Assembly: GCA_963836075.1 (NCBI GenBank)
Contig: CAWIIB010000001.1
Coordinates: 2,208,001-2,272,000 of the forward strand
Direction of reading: 5' to 3'
Length of the DNA stretch: 64,000 bases
From: an uncultured Acidobacteriota bacterium
GTDB taxonomy: Bacteria > Acidobacteriota > JAQAZP01
Every line of letters begins with the position of its first letter. Position 1 is the stretch's first letter. The translations under genes were made by a program, and so were the position numbers. Shown here one piece after another: positions 1 to 9,634 of this stretch. The notes under the pieces are model-generated. The model was not told where the DNA came from. It made no database searches and saw nothing but the letters and a program-made list of their open reading frames with translations.

Positions 1-128
1 TGAAGGACGTTGTGGGCGAGAACCAGACGGTAAACGCCATCATCAAGGCCGAGAAGAACCACCTGATGAAGCTGGCCGAGTATCTGATGACCGAGGCCAA
101 GTTCCGCGGCCTGGCCGACACGGTCTGA
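1..128 (+). CDS. 3' end of a ferritin-like/rubrerythrin-family protein (partial)
   Basis: Frame from nt 3 reads KDVVGENQTVNAIIKAEKNHLMKLAEYLMTEAKFRGLADTV*, with an ExxH diiron-type motif in a helical context; a terminator follows. Confidence 0.5.
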   Translation, partial: KDVVGENQTVNAIIKAEKNHLMKLAEYLMTEAKFRGLADTV

Positions 129-176
129 GATTGCCGCGTCGCAGGCTGCGCCTGCTCCTCTCAATGACAGAAAATG

Positions 177-212
177 AGGCCCCTGACCGGTAACGGTCCA
201 GGGGCCTTTTTT
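177..212 (+). terminator. Rho-independent terminator
   Basis: aggcccctgaccg-gtaa-cggtccaggggcct hairpin followed by a T-run, 50 nt after the stop codon. Confidence 0.85.
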
Positions 213-361
213 ACCCTTCAACACCTGTTCCAGGTGACTTTTCGTCCTCATTCCTGTCACAGGTAAGAGAGACCGAAAAGACCGGGATGCTGCCGCATTG
301 CCCGGGGCCGGAGTGCTTCACCAACGGCCACACACTGTACGAGACCACAAGGAGGAGGGAC

Positions 362-766
362 GTGGCCGCACTGACACTGCTGGACGACATCGGGCCCGCG
401 CACGCGGATCTACTGCGCCAGGCCGGAATACGGTCCACCAACCAGCTGCTGGAAGAATGGCGCACCGACGAGGGGCGCCGGGAGCTTTCCCGGCGCACCG
501 GCCTGGGCCGGGAGCAGATCGACCGCTGGGTGCGCCTGGCCGACCTCTGCCGGGTCAGGGGGGTGGGAACAGAGTATGCCCACCTGCTGGCCGCGGCCGG
601 GGCAAGTACGGTCTCTGAACTGGCTGACCGGGAACCGGCAGGCCTGCTGCAGGAGATGGTGGAGCGCAACCGCACCGGGAAATTTGTCCAGCGGCTGCCC
701 AGCCAGGGGAAAGTGCACCACTGGGTGGAGCAGGCGAGGAACCTGGTTCAAATAATCGGATACTGA
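362..766 (+). CDS. DUF4332 domain protein (HhH-like nucleic-acid-binding)
   Basis: GIGPxxxxLLxxAGIxS-type repeats and ADLxRVxGVGxEYAxLLxAAG; GTG start at 362 after the AGGAGGAGG RBS (the ORF track start at 287 is probably too long). Confidence 0.85.
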   Translation: MAALTLLDDIGPAHADLLRQAGIRSTNQLLEEWRTDEGRRELSRRTGLGREQIDRWVRLADLCRVRGVGTEYAHLLAAAGASTVSELADREPAGLLQEMVERNRTGKFVQRLPSQGKVHHWVEQARNLVQIIGY

Positions 767-799
767 TCTTGCGGGCCATGATGTTTCGGCACGCTCGTG

Positions 800-842
800 G
801 GGGCTGGACCGGTGGAGGAACGGTCCGGCCCCTGTTTTATTT
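800..842 (+). terminator. Rho-independent terminator
   Basis: ggggctggaccg...cggtccggcccc hairpin followed by tgttttattt. Confidence 0.7.
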
Positions 843-914
843 CACCTGCCGGCTGTGATTAAATGACCCCGCATCCACACCCTGGGACTGACGCGAAGCA
901 TCACGGAGGAGATC

Positions 915-3517
915 ATGAGCGGCACGAAGGCGGGAGTAAAACCCCTGGAGAAGCTCGGCGCGTTTTACCTCGGCCGGGAATACGATCTGGCCGGCTCCCG
1001 GCTGCTGGACCGGCCGGTGGTCTATGACGCCCGGGACCTCACCACCCACGCCGTCTGCGTGGGGATGACCGGCTCGGGGAAAACCGGCCTGTGCATCGAC
1101 CTCCTGGAAGAAGCGGCGCTGGACGGCGTCCCGGCGATCATCATCGATCCCAAGGGCGACATGCCGAACCTGAACCTCACCTTCCCCGAGCTGCGGCCCG
1201 CCGACTTCGAGCCGTGGGTCAACGTGGACGATGCGCGGCGCAAGGGGATGAGCGTGCCGGACTATGCCAGACACATCTCCACCACCTGGAAAAAGGGCCT
1301 GGAGGACTGGGGGCAGGGCCCGGAGCGGATCCGGCGGCTGCGCGAGAGCGCGGAGGTGAGCGTGTTCACCCCGGGATCCAGCGCCGGCCTGCCGGTGTCG
1401 ATCCTCGCCTCGCTGAAAGCCCCGGTGGTGGACTGGGACCGCGACGCCGAAGCGGCCCGGGACCAGATCCGGGGCACGGTGAGCGCCCTGCTGGGTCTGG
1501 CCGGGGTGGATGCCGACCCGCTGCGCAGCCGGGAGCACATCCTGCTCTGCACCATCTTCGAGCACTTCTGGCGCGAGGGGCAGGACCTCGACCTGGCCGC
1601 CCTGATCACCTCGATCCAGGCGCCGCCGGTGCGCCGGCTGGGGGTGTTCGACGTGGACACCTTCTTCCCCGAGAAGGACCGCTTCACCCTGGCCATGTCG
1701 CTGAACAACATCCTCGCCGCCCCGGGGTTCGAGACCTGGCTCCGCGGTGAACCGCTGGACGTGGGCCGGCTGCTGCAGACCGGCGACGGGAAACCGCGCC
1801 ACAGCATCTTCTACATCGCCCATCTCAACGACGCGGAGCGGATGTTCTTCACCACCCTGCTTCTCGAGCAGGTGGTCAGCTGGGTCCGCCGCCAGCCGGG
1901 GACCACCAGCCTCAGGGCCCTGCTCTATTTCGACGAGATTTTCGGCTTCCTGCCCCCGGTGTCCAACCCGCCCTCCAAGCGGCCCCTGCTCACCCTGCTC
2001 AAACAGGCCCGGGCCTACGGCCTGGGGGTGATGCTGACCACCCAGAACCCGGTGGACCTGGACTACAAGGCACTGGGCAACACCGGCACCTGGTTCATCG
2101 GCAAGCTGCAGACCGAGCGGGACAAGATGCGGGTGCTCGACGGCCTGGAGACCGCGGCCACCGGCGGCGGCGAACCGCTGCAGCGCGGGGACCTGGAAAA
2201 GATGATCGCCGGTCTGGGGTCGCGGGTCTTCCTGCTGCACAACGTCCACGAGGAGAGCCCGCTGATCTTCCAGACCCGCTGGGCCATGAGCTACCTCCGC
2301 GGCCCGCTCACCGGGGACCAGATCCGGCAGCTGCGGGAGGAGCGGGGCCAGGCAACCGAGCCCCCGGCCGCAGAGGAGCAGACGGCGCCCACAGCCCAGC
2401 GCAAAAAAGGCACCGCGGCCGCCGCCCTTCCCGCAACCAGCCGGAGGACGCCCCGCCGCCGGACGGTTACACCGCCGGCCCGCCTCTGCTCTCCCCCGGT
2501 GTGGAGCAGTTCTTCATCCCGGCGGCCTTTGACGGCCACCGCGCCCTGGGCCTGCTGGAAAAGGAGCTGGGCCGCCAGGCCGCCGAGCCGGAGACGGCGC
2601 TGGTCTACGAGCCGGCCCTGCTGGCCCTGGGGCGGGTGAGCTTCGTGGACCAGAAACGGCGGGTCAACGTCAAGCGGCCGGTGGGCCGCCTGGTCCACGC
2701 CCGGGAGCTGGGGCCGGTGATCGACTGGTCGGACGCCGAGCCGTTTTCACTGGAGACGGAGGAACTGGAATCCCGGCCGGCGGCCGAAGCCTTTTTCGGC
2801 ACGGTCCCGGAGCAGCTCAACTCGGCCCGGGAGCTGAAAGCGTTGACCAAGGACTTTTCCGACGCCCTCTACCACGACCAGCGCCTGGAGCTGCAGCACA
2901 ACCCGACACTGAAGCTCTACGGCACGGCCGGTGAATCCGCCGCCGAGTTCAGCCTGCGGGCACGGCAGGCCGCCCGGGAACAGCGGGATGCCGAAGTGGA
3001 CAAGATGCGCCGCAAGTACCAGAAGAAGCTGGACAAGCTGGAGAGCCGGCTGGCCCGCGAGGAGCAGGAGCTGGAGCGGGACACGGCCACCTACGAATCC
3101 CGGAAGCGGGAGGAGCTGATCTCCGCCGGCGAATCGTTGATCGGCCTCTTCGGCGTGTTCGGCAAACGGCGCTCCAGCCGCGGGCTCTCCACCGCGGCCC
3201 GCAAGCGGCGGATGACCGCCAAGGCCAAGGCCTCCATCGCCGAGTCGAAGGAGGAGATCGAACGTCTGGAGCAGGAGATGGAGGACCTGCGGCGGGAGAT
3301 CGAGGAGGAGTCGGCGCTGATCGCCGAAACGTGGACCGAGGCGGCCGAGGCCAACGAACTGTTCCCGGTGAAACCGCGACGCAGCGACGTGAAAGTGGTG
3401 GCCCTGGGTCTGGCCTGGCTCCCGGCGTGGGAAATCACCCACCGCTCGGCCCGGGGCGGCCGGCTCACCGACCAGCTGCCGGCCTGGTTGGAAGCCCCGG
3501 CTGAAAGTGGGGTATGA
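915..3517 (+). CDS. HerA/FtsK-superfamily (DUF87/DUF853-like) P-loop ATPase with C-terminal coiled coil; apparent frameshift near 2400-2500
   Basis: ORF 915..2639 has Walker [17 protein letters not shown], Walker B LLYFDE, KQARAYG and TQNPVD. Its tail turns low-complexity, and ORF 2501..3517 continues with plausible coiled-coil sequence and no RBS of its own. Confidence 0.8.
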
Positions 3518-3615
3518 TTGCCGCAATGGAGCGGTTCCACGCACCATTGTGTTGCTCACCCTTTGCGGCTGTGACTTTTCACACTTCATCCTGTCCAAAC
3601 TAGAGGGGAAACGGG

Positions 3616-4221
3616 GTGCCGGAAGAGGATCTGAGAACTGACGAGGACCTGGTGCGTGAAGCCACCAGCGTCGCCGGCGGTGTGGCCGAGCCTTTCGAGG
3701 TTCTGGTGGAGCGCCACCAGGGGAAGATCCTCTCCAACTGCCGTTACCTGACGCGGTCCCCGGCGGATGCCGAGGACCTGGCCCAGGAAGTGTTTGTCCG
3801 GGCCTATTTTGCCCTGCCGCGCTTCGAGGGGCGGTCGGCATTCAAGACCTGGCTGAGGAAGATCAAGGTCAACCACTGCTTGAACTTCATCGCCAAGCAG
3901 AAGAACAGGGTGTTCGTGGACGTTGACGAACCGGGAGTGGAGAACGCACCGGGGCTCACCGTGGACGCCGCGGGCGTGAGCAGTCTGGAGGAGGCCGCCA
4001 CCCGCGAACGGATCAGCGCCACCATCGACGACCTCCCCGACACCCTGCGCATCCCGCTGATCCTGCGGGACGTGGACGGCTTCTCCTACCAGGAGATCGC
4101 CGACCAGCTGGGACTGGGGCTCTCGGCGGTGAAGATGCGGGTCAAACGGGGCCGCGAAGAGTTTCGCCGGCGGTTCAGCAACCCGGACGGCGGCAACGGA
4201 CGAGGGGGCGATACCTTTTGA
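3616..4221 (+). CDS. ECF RNA polymerase sigma-70 factor
   Basis: DAEDLAQEVF (region 2), FKTWL, and GFSYQEIADQLGLGLSAVKMRVKRGR (region 4). Confidence 0.95.
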   Translation: MPEEDLRTDEDLVREATSVAGGVAEPFEVLVERHQGKILSNCRYLTRSPADAEDLAQEVFVRAYFALPRFEGRSAFKTWLRKIKVNHCLNFIAKQKNRVFVDVDEPGVENAPGLTVDAAGVSSLEEAATRERISATIDDLPDTLRIPLILRDVDGFSYQEIADQLGLGLSAVKMRVKRGREEFRRRFSNPDGGNGRGGDTF

Positions 4222-4487
4222 ACGACAATCTGGAACCGGACGAGACTCTGCCGGAGGATAACATCGACTGCGGCGAACCGCTGCCTGAGCTGGCGTCCCT
4301 GCGGGAGACGCCCTCCGCCGAGTTTGTTGACCGGGTCACCCGGGGGATCGGCCGGCGCCGTCTGGCCGCCGAGATGACCCAGGTCTCGGTCCAGATGCCC
4401 TTTTTCTGGCTGATGGAAATCCTCAATATCATGTTCCATTTTTTCACCGGAAAGATCACCCCAAAGGGAGGGCCGGACCGTGGATGA
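4218..4487 (+). CDS. Small putative anti-sigma/membrane protein
   Basis: Overlaps the sigma stop (TTGA) and the next gene; 'PSAEFVDRV' followed by a hydrophobic segment is typical of ECF partners. Confidence 0.6.
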   Translation: MNDNLEPDETLPEDNIDCGEPLPELASLRETPSAEFVDRVTRGIGRRRLAAEMTQVSVQMPFFWLMEILNIMFHFFTGKITPKGGPDRG

Positions 4488-5301
4488 AACCCTGCTCATC
4501 AAGGACCAGCTGATCAAGGCCTTTCAGGACATGATCGAATCGGTCATCTCCGCTGCCCCCACCATGATCTCCGGCATCGTGCTCCTGCTCCTGGCCCTCC
4601 TGGTCGCGAAAATCATCGAGCGGGTCTGTCGGATCATCTTCAAGCGGCTGCGGATCGATGCGCTGCCCGAAAAGCTCGGTCTGGAATCGAGCCTGAAACG
4701 TATCGGGATCACCAAGCCGCTGAGCCAGCTGCTGCCCCGGATTTTCTACTTCCTGCTGCTCTTCCTCTTTGCCCGGGCCATGTCGGACGCGTTGGGCCTT
4801 ACCGCCGTTTCCGATGCCCTGGGCGCCTTCCTCGGCTATGTGCCGAGCATGTTTGCCGCGGTGCTGATCATCCTGCTGGGCAGCGTGCTGGGCCAGTTCG
4901 CCGGGGGCACCATCGCCCGCTCCGCCGAAGGGTCGGGCCTCGATTTCGGGCCGGCGCTGGGCAACGTGGTCTCCGGCCTGATCTTCTTCGTCTCGGTGAT
5001 CATGGCCCTGAGCCAGTTGAAGATCGACACCGACATCATCCGCATCGTCACCGTCTGCTGTCTTTCGGCAGGAGCCCTGGCCTTTGGCCTCTCCTTCGGC
5101 CTCGGCACCCGCGAGACCACCCAGAACATCATCGCCGGGTTCTACGCACGGAAGATCTTCCGCGCCGGGCAGCCGCTGGAAGTCCGCGGCGAGAAGGGGA
5201 CGCTGAAAGCCATCGGCACCACCCAGACCCTGATCGACTGTGACGGCCGCACCGTGTCCGTGGCCAACAGCGTGTTCAACTCCGAGGTGGTGAAGCAGTA
5301 G
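4480..5301 (+). CDS. Mechanosensitive channel MscS/CmpX-like membrane protein
   Basis: Several TM helices, ALSQLKIDT, AFGLSFGLG..NIIAG, and a C-terminal MscS-like beta domain. Confidence 0.85.
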   Translation: MDETLLIKDQLIKAFQDMIESVISAAPTMISGIVLLLLALLVAKIIERVCRIIFKRLRIDALPEKLGLESSLKRIGITKPLSQLLPRIFYFLLLFLFARAMSDALGLTAVSDALGAFLGYVPSMFAAVLIILLGSVLGQFAGGTIARSAEGSGLDFGPALGNVVSGLIFFVSVIMALSQLKIDTDIIRIVTVCCLSAGALAFGLSFGLGTRETTQNIIAGFYARKIFRAGQPLEVRGEKGTLKAIGTTQTLIDCDGRTVSVANSVFNSEVVKQ

Positions 5302-5394
5302 GCCGGCGCCGGCCATCCCTTGACCCCGCTCCCCCGCAGGCCATACCATTCCGGGTCCTGCACGCCCGCACCGCGTTCACCAGGGAGATGCGCC

Positions 5395-6441
5395 ATGGCC
5401 AACATCCTGATCACCAACGTCTGCAACCGCAACTGCCCCTACTGCTTTGCCCGGGGCAAGGTGAGCCTGCCCGAAGAGGGCCGGGATCCCGGTGTGCAAG
5501 CACCCGAAGCGGCGGCGGACAGCGGCTTCACCCCGAAGTTCATCACCCTCGACGCACTGAACAGAATCCTCGATTTCTACCAGGCGACGCCCCGGGAGGA
5601 GATCGTCTTCCTCGGCGGTGAACCGACCATGCACCCGCAGTTCGCCGAGGCGGCCGAAGCGGTGTTCAGCCGGGGGCGGCCGCTGAAGATCTTCTCCAAC
5701 GGGATCATGCGCCAGGAGACCCGCGACTACCTCGCCGAGCGGGGCAGGGACGGCCGGATCATGATCATCGTCAACGTCAACGAGCCGGGGGCACGGGGCA
5801 GCAGCGAGGATACCGAGCTGCGCAAGACCCTGGAGCAGCTGGGGCGGATGGTCACCGTGGGATTCACCCTGTTCAAACCGGACGCGGAGATGGATTTCCT
5901 GCACCAGCTGATCGAGCAGTACAACCTTAACCCGGTAATCCGCTTCGGGATCGGCATGCCGATCTGGGGCCAGGACAACGCCCACCTCGAACTGGCGGAC
6001 CACCGCGAGGCCGCTGAGCGGATCACCCGGTTCTCCGAGCTCTCCGACCGGGAACGGGTCTTTATCAAGTTCGACTGCGGGATGATCCTCTGCATGTTCA
6101 GCCGGGAGCAGATCGGTCGCCTCTACTACTCCGGCTGCACCTTCCAGTCCACCTGCAACCCGATCCCCGACATCGACGCCGACCTCAACGTCTGGCACTG
6201 CTTCCCCCTCTCCCAGGTGGGACAGGTCCGGCTGGAGCAGTTCAGCAGCCCGCAGGAACTGAACGCCCACCTGAAACGCGAGATGAAGAGCCGGGCGGAC
6301 GGCGGTATCTTCGACGAGTGCCGCTTCTGCCGCCACTACCACCGGGGCTACTGCAAGGGGGGCTGTCTCTCGCGGGTGATGAAGGCACAGGAAAAGGGCG
6401 GTGCACTCCCCTCGATCAAGGAGTTCGGCCTGGAGATCTGA
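5395..6441 (+). CDS. Radical SAM/SPASM domain protein
   Basis: CNRNCPYC, LGGEP, and C-terminal CRFCRHYHRGYCKGGC; ATG at 5395. Confidence 0.9.
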   Translation: MANILITNVCNRNCPYCFARGKVSLPEEGRDPGVQAPEAAADSGFTPKFITLDALNRILDFYQATPREEIVFLGGEPTMHPQFAEAAEAVFSRGRPLKIFSNGIMRQETRDYLAERGRDGRIMIIVNVNEPGARGSSEDTELRKTLEQLGRMVTVGFTLFKPDAEMDFLHQLIEQYNLNPVIRFGIGMPIWGQDNAHLELADHREAAERITRFSELSDRERVFIKFDCGMILCMFSREQIGRLYYSGCTFQSTCNPIPDIDADLNVWHCFPLSQVGQVRLEQFSSPQELNAHLKREMKSRADGGIFDECRFCRHYHRGYCKGGCLSRVMKAQEKGGALPSIKEFGLEI

Positions 6442-6446
6442 AGTGC

Positions 6447-9400
6447 CTACTCCCAGGCCCCGGCCGCCACGAAGGCACCCCAGGCCCGGGGGTGCGCGCC
6501 GTGCCGGCTGCCGTTCTCACGGGCCCGCTGCAGCGCGTTCCTGGTGGCCCGGGACAGGGCACTGATCGCCGGTTCGCCGCCGAAGTGCAGCGAGTAGAGA
6601 TCCTCCATGAAGTGACGCGCCTCGTCGTCGGGCACCGGCCAGAGGCTCATCACGCAGACCCGGGCCCCGGCCAGCCGCGCCGCGCGCTGCAGGCCGAACA
6701 CCCCCTCGCCCCAGCGGATCTCCCCGGTGCCGGTGCCGCAGCCGCTGAGCACCAGCCAGGCGGTGCCCTGCAGGTCGAGGGTGGCCAGCTCCTCGGCGGT
6801 GAGCAGGCCGTCGCCGGTCTCGCGCCGCGCCGCCGAAGCCGGGTCGGCAGCGCCGGCCAGCAGCAGACCGGAGAGCAGCAGCGGGTTCTGCCGCACCGTA
6901 TCGGTGCCGCCGAAGATGTCGATGCGCCGGGGCAGCAGATCCTGGCCGGTATCCTCCTCGAGGTAGAACCCGTGGGTGGCGAGGTGGACTATCTCCCGCC
7001 CCGAGGCCTGTTCTCTCAGTTTCGTCTCGTTGGCCTCGCGCCCCAGCAGCAGATCCGCCCGCCCCTGGCGGTGCCGGCGGTAGAGCGCCTCGATGGCCGC
7101 CGCCTCCCGGGCGGTGCCGGGGAGCGGCGCGGGCCCGCCGGACACCCCGAATACCGGGTCGGCCAGGGCCAGCAGGCCCGAACCGGACTGAGCCGAACCG
7201 TTCCGGCGCACCAGGTCCAGCGGCGTGGAGAGGAGGTGCAGGTCGAGAGACTCCACCAGGTAGGATGTCTGGTCCACGGCCAGGGTGGCGAAGGAGACCA
7301 GGTGCAGCGGCCCGTCAGGGACGATGAACACCGAGCTGCAGCCCTCCAGCAGCGGGGCCACGGGGAACCAGACGTGCCGGCATAGTTCGAGGGAAGCCCG
7401 GCGGAACTTGCGCTCCCGCGGGGGGGCACAGTAGAGGAAGGGCGCCTCGATCTCCCGGCGGTACGCGCCCACCAACCGGTCGGTCTCCACGCCGGTGCCC
7501 AACGGGACCAGGTGGATCTGCGGTTCCTGCTCATGAAGCACGACGAAAGCCAGGTCGCTCTCCACCGGTTCGCCGCCCATGGCCGGTCGGACCTCCCCCG
7601 GTTGAACCGGGGCCGACGAGCCGGGAAGACGGTTGAAACGGGAGTAGCTGACCAGGGCCGTGTCCGGCGGCAGTGCGGCGGCCAGATCCTGCCAGGTCAT
7701 GCGGTCCCGTTCCCGTCGATACTGGAGAAAGGCGCCGAACTCCGAGCTGAGACGGGCCAGATGCCGCTCGCAGCGTTCCTTTTCCCGGTGGGCGTCCTCC
7801 ACGTTGCGCCGGTAGCGGTCCGGGTCGGCCGTGGCCTCGGCATAGACCGCGTTGGCCAGGCGCACCCGCGCCCGGTCGTATGCGCCGCGGGCTTCACCAA
7901 GCTCCGGCGAGCCCGATTCCAGGGACGCCCGCCGCCGTTCCGCCAGGTGGTCCATCACCGTGGTCCGCAACGGCACCAGGGCGCTGAAGGTCCGCCCCGC
8001 AACCCCTTCCCCATCCAGCATCAGCGCGGTGGTGAGCAGGAGATCGGAGGCCAGCTGGATCTTCCGCCCGAAGCGCAGCACGTCCAGTTCCGAAGAGACG
8101 GCGAACAGGGTGTCCCACAGCTGGCGGTAACGGGTCACCGCCTCCAGCGAGATATCCCAGGCCCGGTCCGGCTTCCCGGCCATGAGCCAGACCCGGGCCC
8201 GGTCGAGCAGCAGTTCCAGGCGGGCGGGGTGGTCGGGTCCCAGAGTGGATTCGATGATCTTCAGGCAGCGGTCCAGCAGCCGCCCCGCTTCGTCCAGATC
8301 GCCCTCCAGGGCGTGAAGCATGGCCAGGTTGCGCAGCGGCCCGGCCACCATGGGGTGGTCCCGTCCCCGGACGTTTTCCTGGATCCTGATGCTTTCCAGG
8401 CAGTGGCGGCGGGCTTCGGCGTACCGGCCGTCACGCTCGTAGACCATGGCCAGGCTGTTCAGCACCACCGCCATGTCGATGTGTTCCGGCCCCCGGGCCC
8501 GGCGGGTCACCTCCAGGCTCTGCTCCAGCAGTTCGCGGGCCGGTTCGATCTCACCGAGATCGAGGAGCAGCAACGCCAGGTTGTTGCGGCTTTTGGCGGT
8601 GAGCGGGTGGTCGGGGCCCAGCGACTTCTCGCAGATCGCCATGGCCCGCTCCATCAGCGGCCGGGCGCCGAGGCTGTTCCCCTGGTGCAGGAAGAGCGCG
8701 GCCATGTTGTTCAGGGTGAAGGCCACCAGCGGGTGGTCCGGGCCGAACTCTTCCTCCTCCACGGCCAGCGCGCGGTCGTAGAGGCTGCGGGCGCCGGCCA
8801 GGTCTCCCTGCACCTGAAGCAGCAGCCCCAGGTTGTTCATCGCCCGGGCCACCGTGGGGTGCTCCGGGCCGAGGTTCTTTACACGGATCTCCAGGCCCCG
8901 TTCCATCAGCGGCCGGGCGCCGGCCAGATCCCCCTGGTCGCGGAGCAGCCGGGAGAGGTTGATGCAGGCTTCGGCCACGGCATCGTGGTTCGGTCCGTGG
9001 AGCTTCTCCCGCAGGGCCAGGCTCTGCTGGAGCAGCGGCCGGGCCGCGGAGAAGTCCCCCTTCTCCTGGATCACCACCGCCAGGTTGTTCAGCGCCTCGG
9101 CAGTGTCGGGATGTTCCGACCCGTGGAGCTGCTGGAGGATCTCCAGATTCCGCCGGCCCAGTTCGAGTGCCTCATCGGTCTGGCCCTTGCGAAAGAGCAG
9201 TTCCACCAGCAGCGGCATCCAGGCCGCCGCCTCCACCGACAGCTCACCATGCTCGGCCGTGGCGGCGGCCAGGCCCTGCCGGGCCAGCCGCTCAGCCTCA
9301 TCGTAGCGGCCGCTCTCCAGCTGGTCTCTGGCCTCCCCCATGGCGGGATCCGATTCATCCGCCGCCCGGAGCGCCACCGAGGCCGGGCCGGAGAACTGAA

Positions 9401-9458
9401 CCGCCAGCAGCAGAACAGCCATGGTTATGAACAGACAGGGTTTGGAGACACCGTTCAT
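6447..9458 (-). CDS. Secreted TPR-repeat + CHAT (caspase-like) domain protein
   Basis: Signal peptide; about 9 kinesin-light-chain-type TPRs (GPxHPxxAxxLNNLA); CHAT motifs PDGPLHLVSF, VHLATHG, LSGCGT, SLWPV and WGAF. Confidence 0.92.
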   Translation of the reverse strand: MNGVSKPCLFITMAVLLLAVQFSGPASVALRAADESDPAMGEARDQLESGRYDEAERLARQGLAAATAEHGELSVEAAAWMPLLVELLFRKGQTDEALELGRRNLEILQQLHGSEHPDTAEALNNLAVVIQEKGDFSAARPLLQQSLALREKLHGPNHDAVAEACINLSRLLRDQGDLAGARPLMERGLEIRVKNLGPEHPTVARAMNNLGLLLQVQGDLAGARSLYDRALAVEEEEFGPDHPLVAFTLNNMAALFLHQGNSLGARPLMERAMAICEKSLGPDHPLTAKSRNNLALLLLDLGEIEPARELLEQSLEVTRRARGPEHIDMAVVLNSLAMVYERDGRYAEARRHCLESIRIQENVRGRDHPMVAGPLRNLAMLHALEGDLDEAGRLLDRCLKIIESTLGPDHPARLELLLDRARVWLMAGKPDRAWDISLEAVTRYRQLWDTLFAVSSELDVLRFGRKIQLASDLLLTTALMLDGEGVAGRTFSALVPLRTTVMDHLAERRRASLESGSPELGEARGAYDRARVRLANAVYAEATADPDRYRRNVEDAHREKERCERHLARLSSEFGAFLQYRRERDRMTWQDLAAALPPDTALVSYSRFNRLPGSSAPVQPGEVRPAMGGEPVESDLAFVVLHEQEPQIHLVPLGTGVETDRLVGAYRREIEAPFLYCAPPRERKFRRASLELCRHVWFPVAPLLEGCSSVFIVPDGPLHLVSFATLAVDQTSYLVESLDLHLLSTPLDLVRRNGSAQSGSGLLALADPVFGVSGGPAPLPGTAREAAAIEALYRRHRQGRADLLLGREANETKLREQASGREIVHLATHGFYLEEDTGQDLLPRRIDIFGGTDTVRQNPLLLSGLLLAGAADPASAARRETGDGLLTAEELATLDLQGTAWLVLSGCGTGTGEIRWGEGVFGLQRAARLAGARVCVMSLWPVPDDEARHFMEDLYSLHFGGEPAISALSRATRNALQRARENGSRHGAHPRAWGAFVAAGAWE

Positions 9459-9634
9459 CAGGTCAATACCAGGGTTGGTCCGGCCCGCCCGGGACCGGAG
9501 TGGTGATGCCTCTAAGTGTATATCTCCCGTCCCGCGTTGACAACGAGGGTGGTTTCTGCGAACATCTCGCCAAGACTACGCTTAAACTGTTCATTTTATA
9601 GCTGTTGCGCCAGCTGTCCCCGGGGCGGGAAGAG

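Noticed and set aside
837-2249. Long antisense or overlapping ORFs (also 5377..6342, 7512..9506, 31513..33645, 41372..42490, 52001..53500, 57930..59474)
   Set aside because: Shadow frames of motif-rich genes, expected in high-GC DNA; they contain no recognisable motifs.
2400-2412. Programmed -1 frameshift at A6G in the ATPase
   Set aside because: The exact shift point cannot be fixed, and many unrelated genes show similar breaks, which favours sequencing error.
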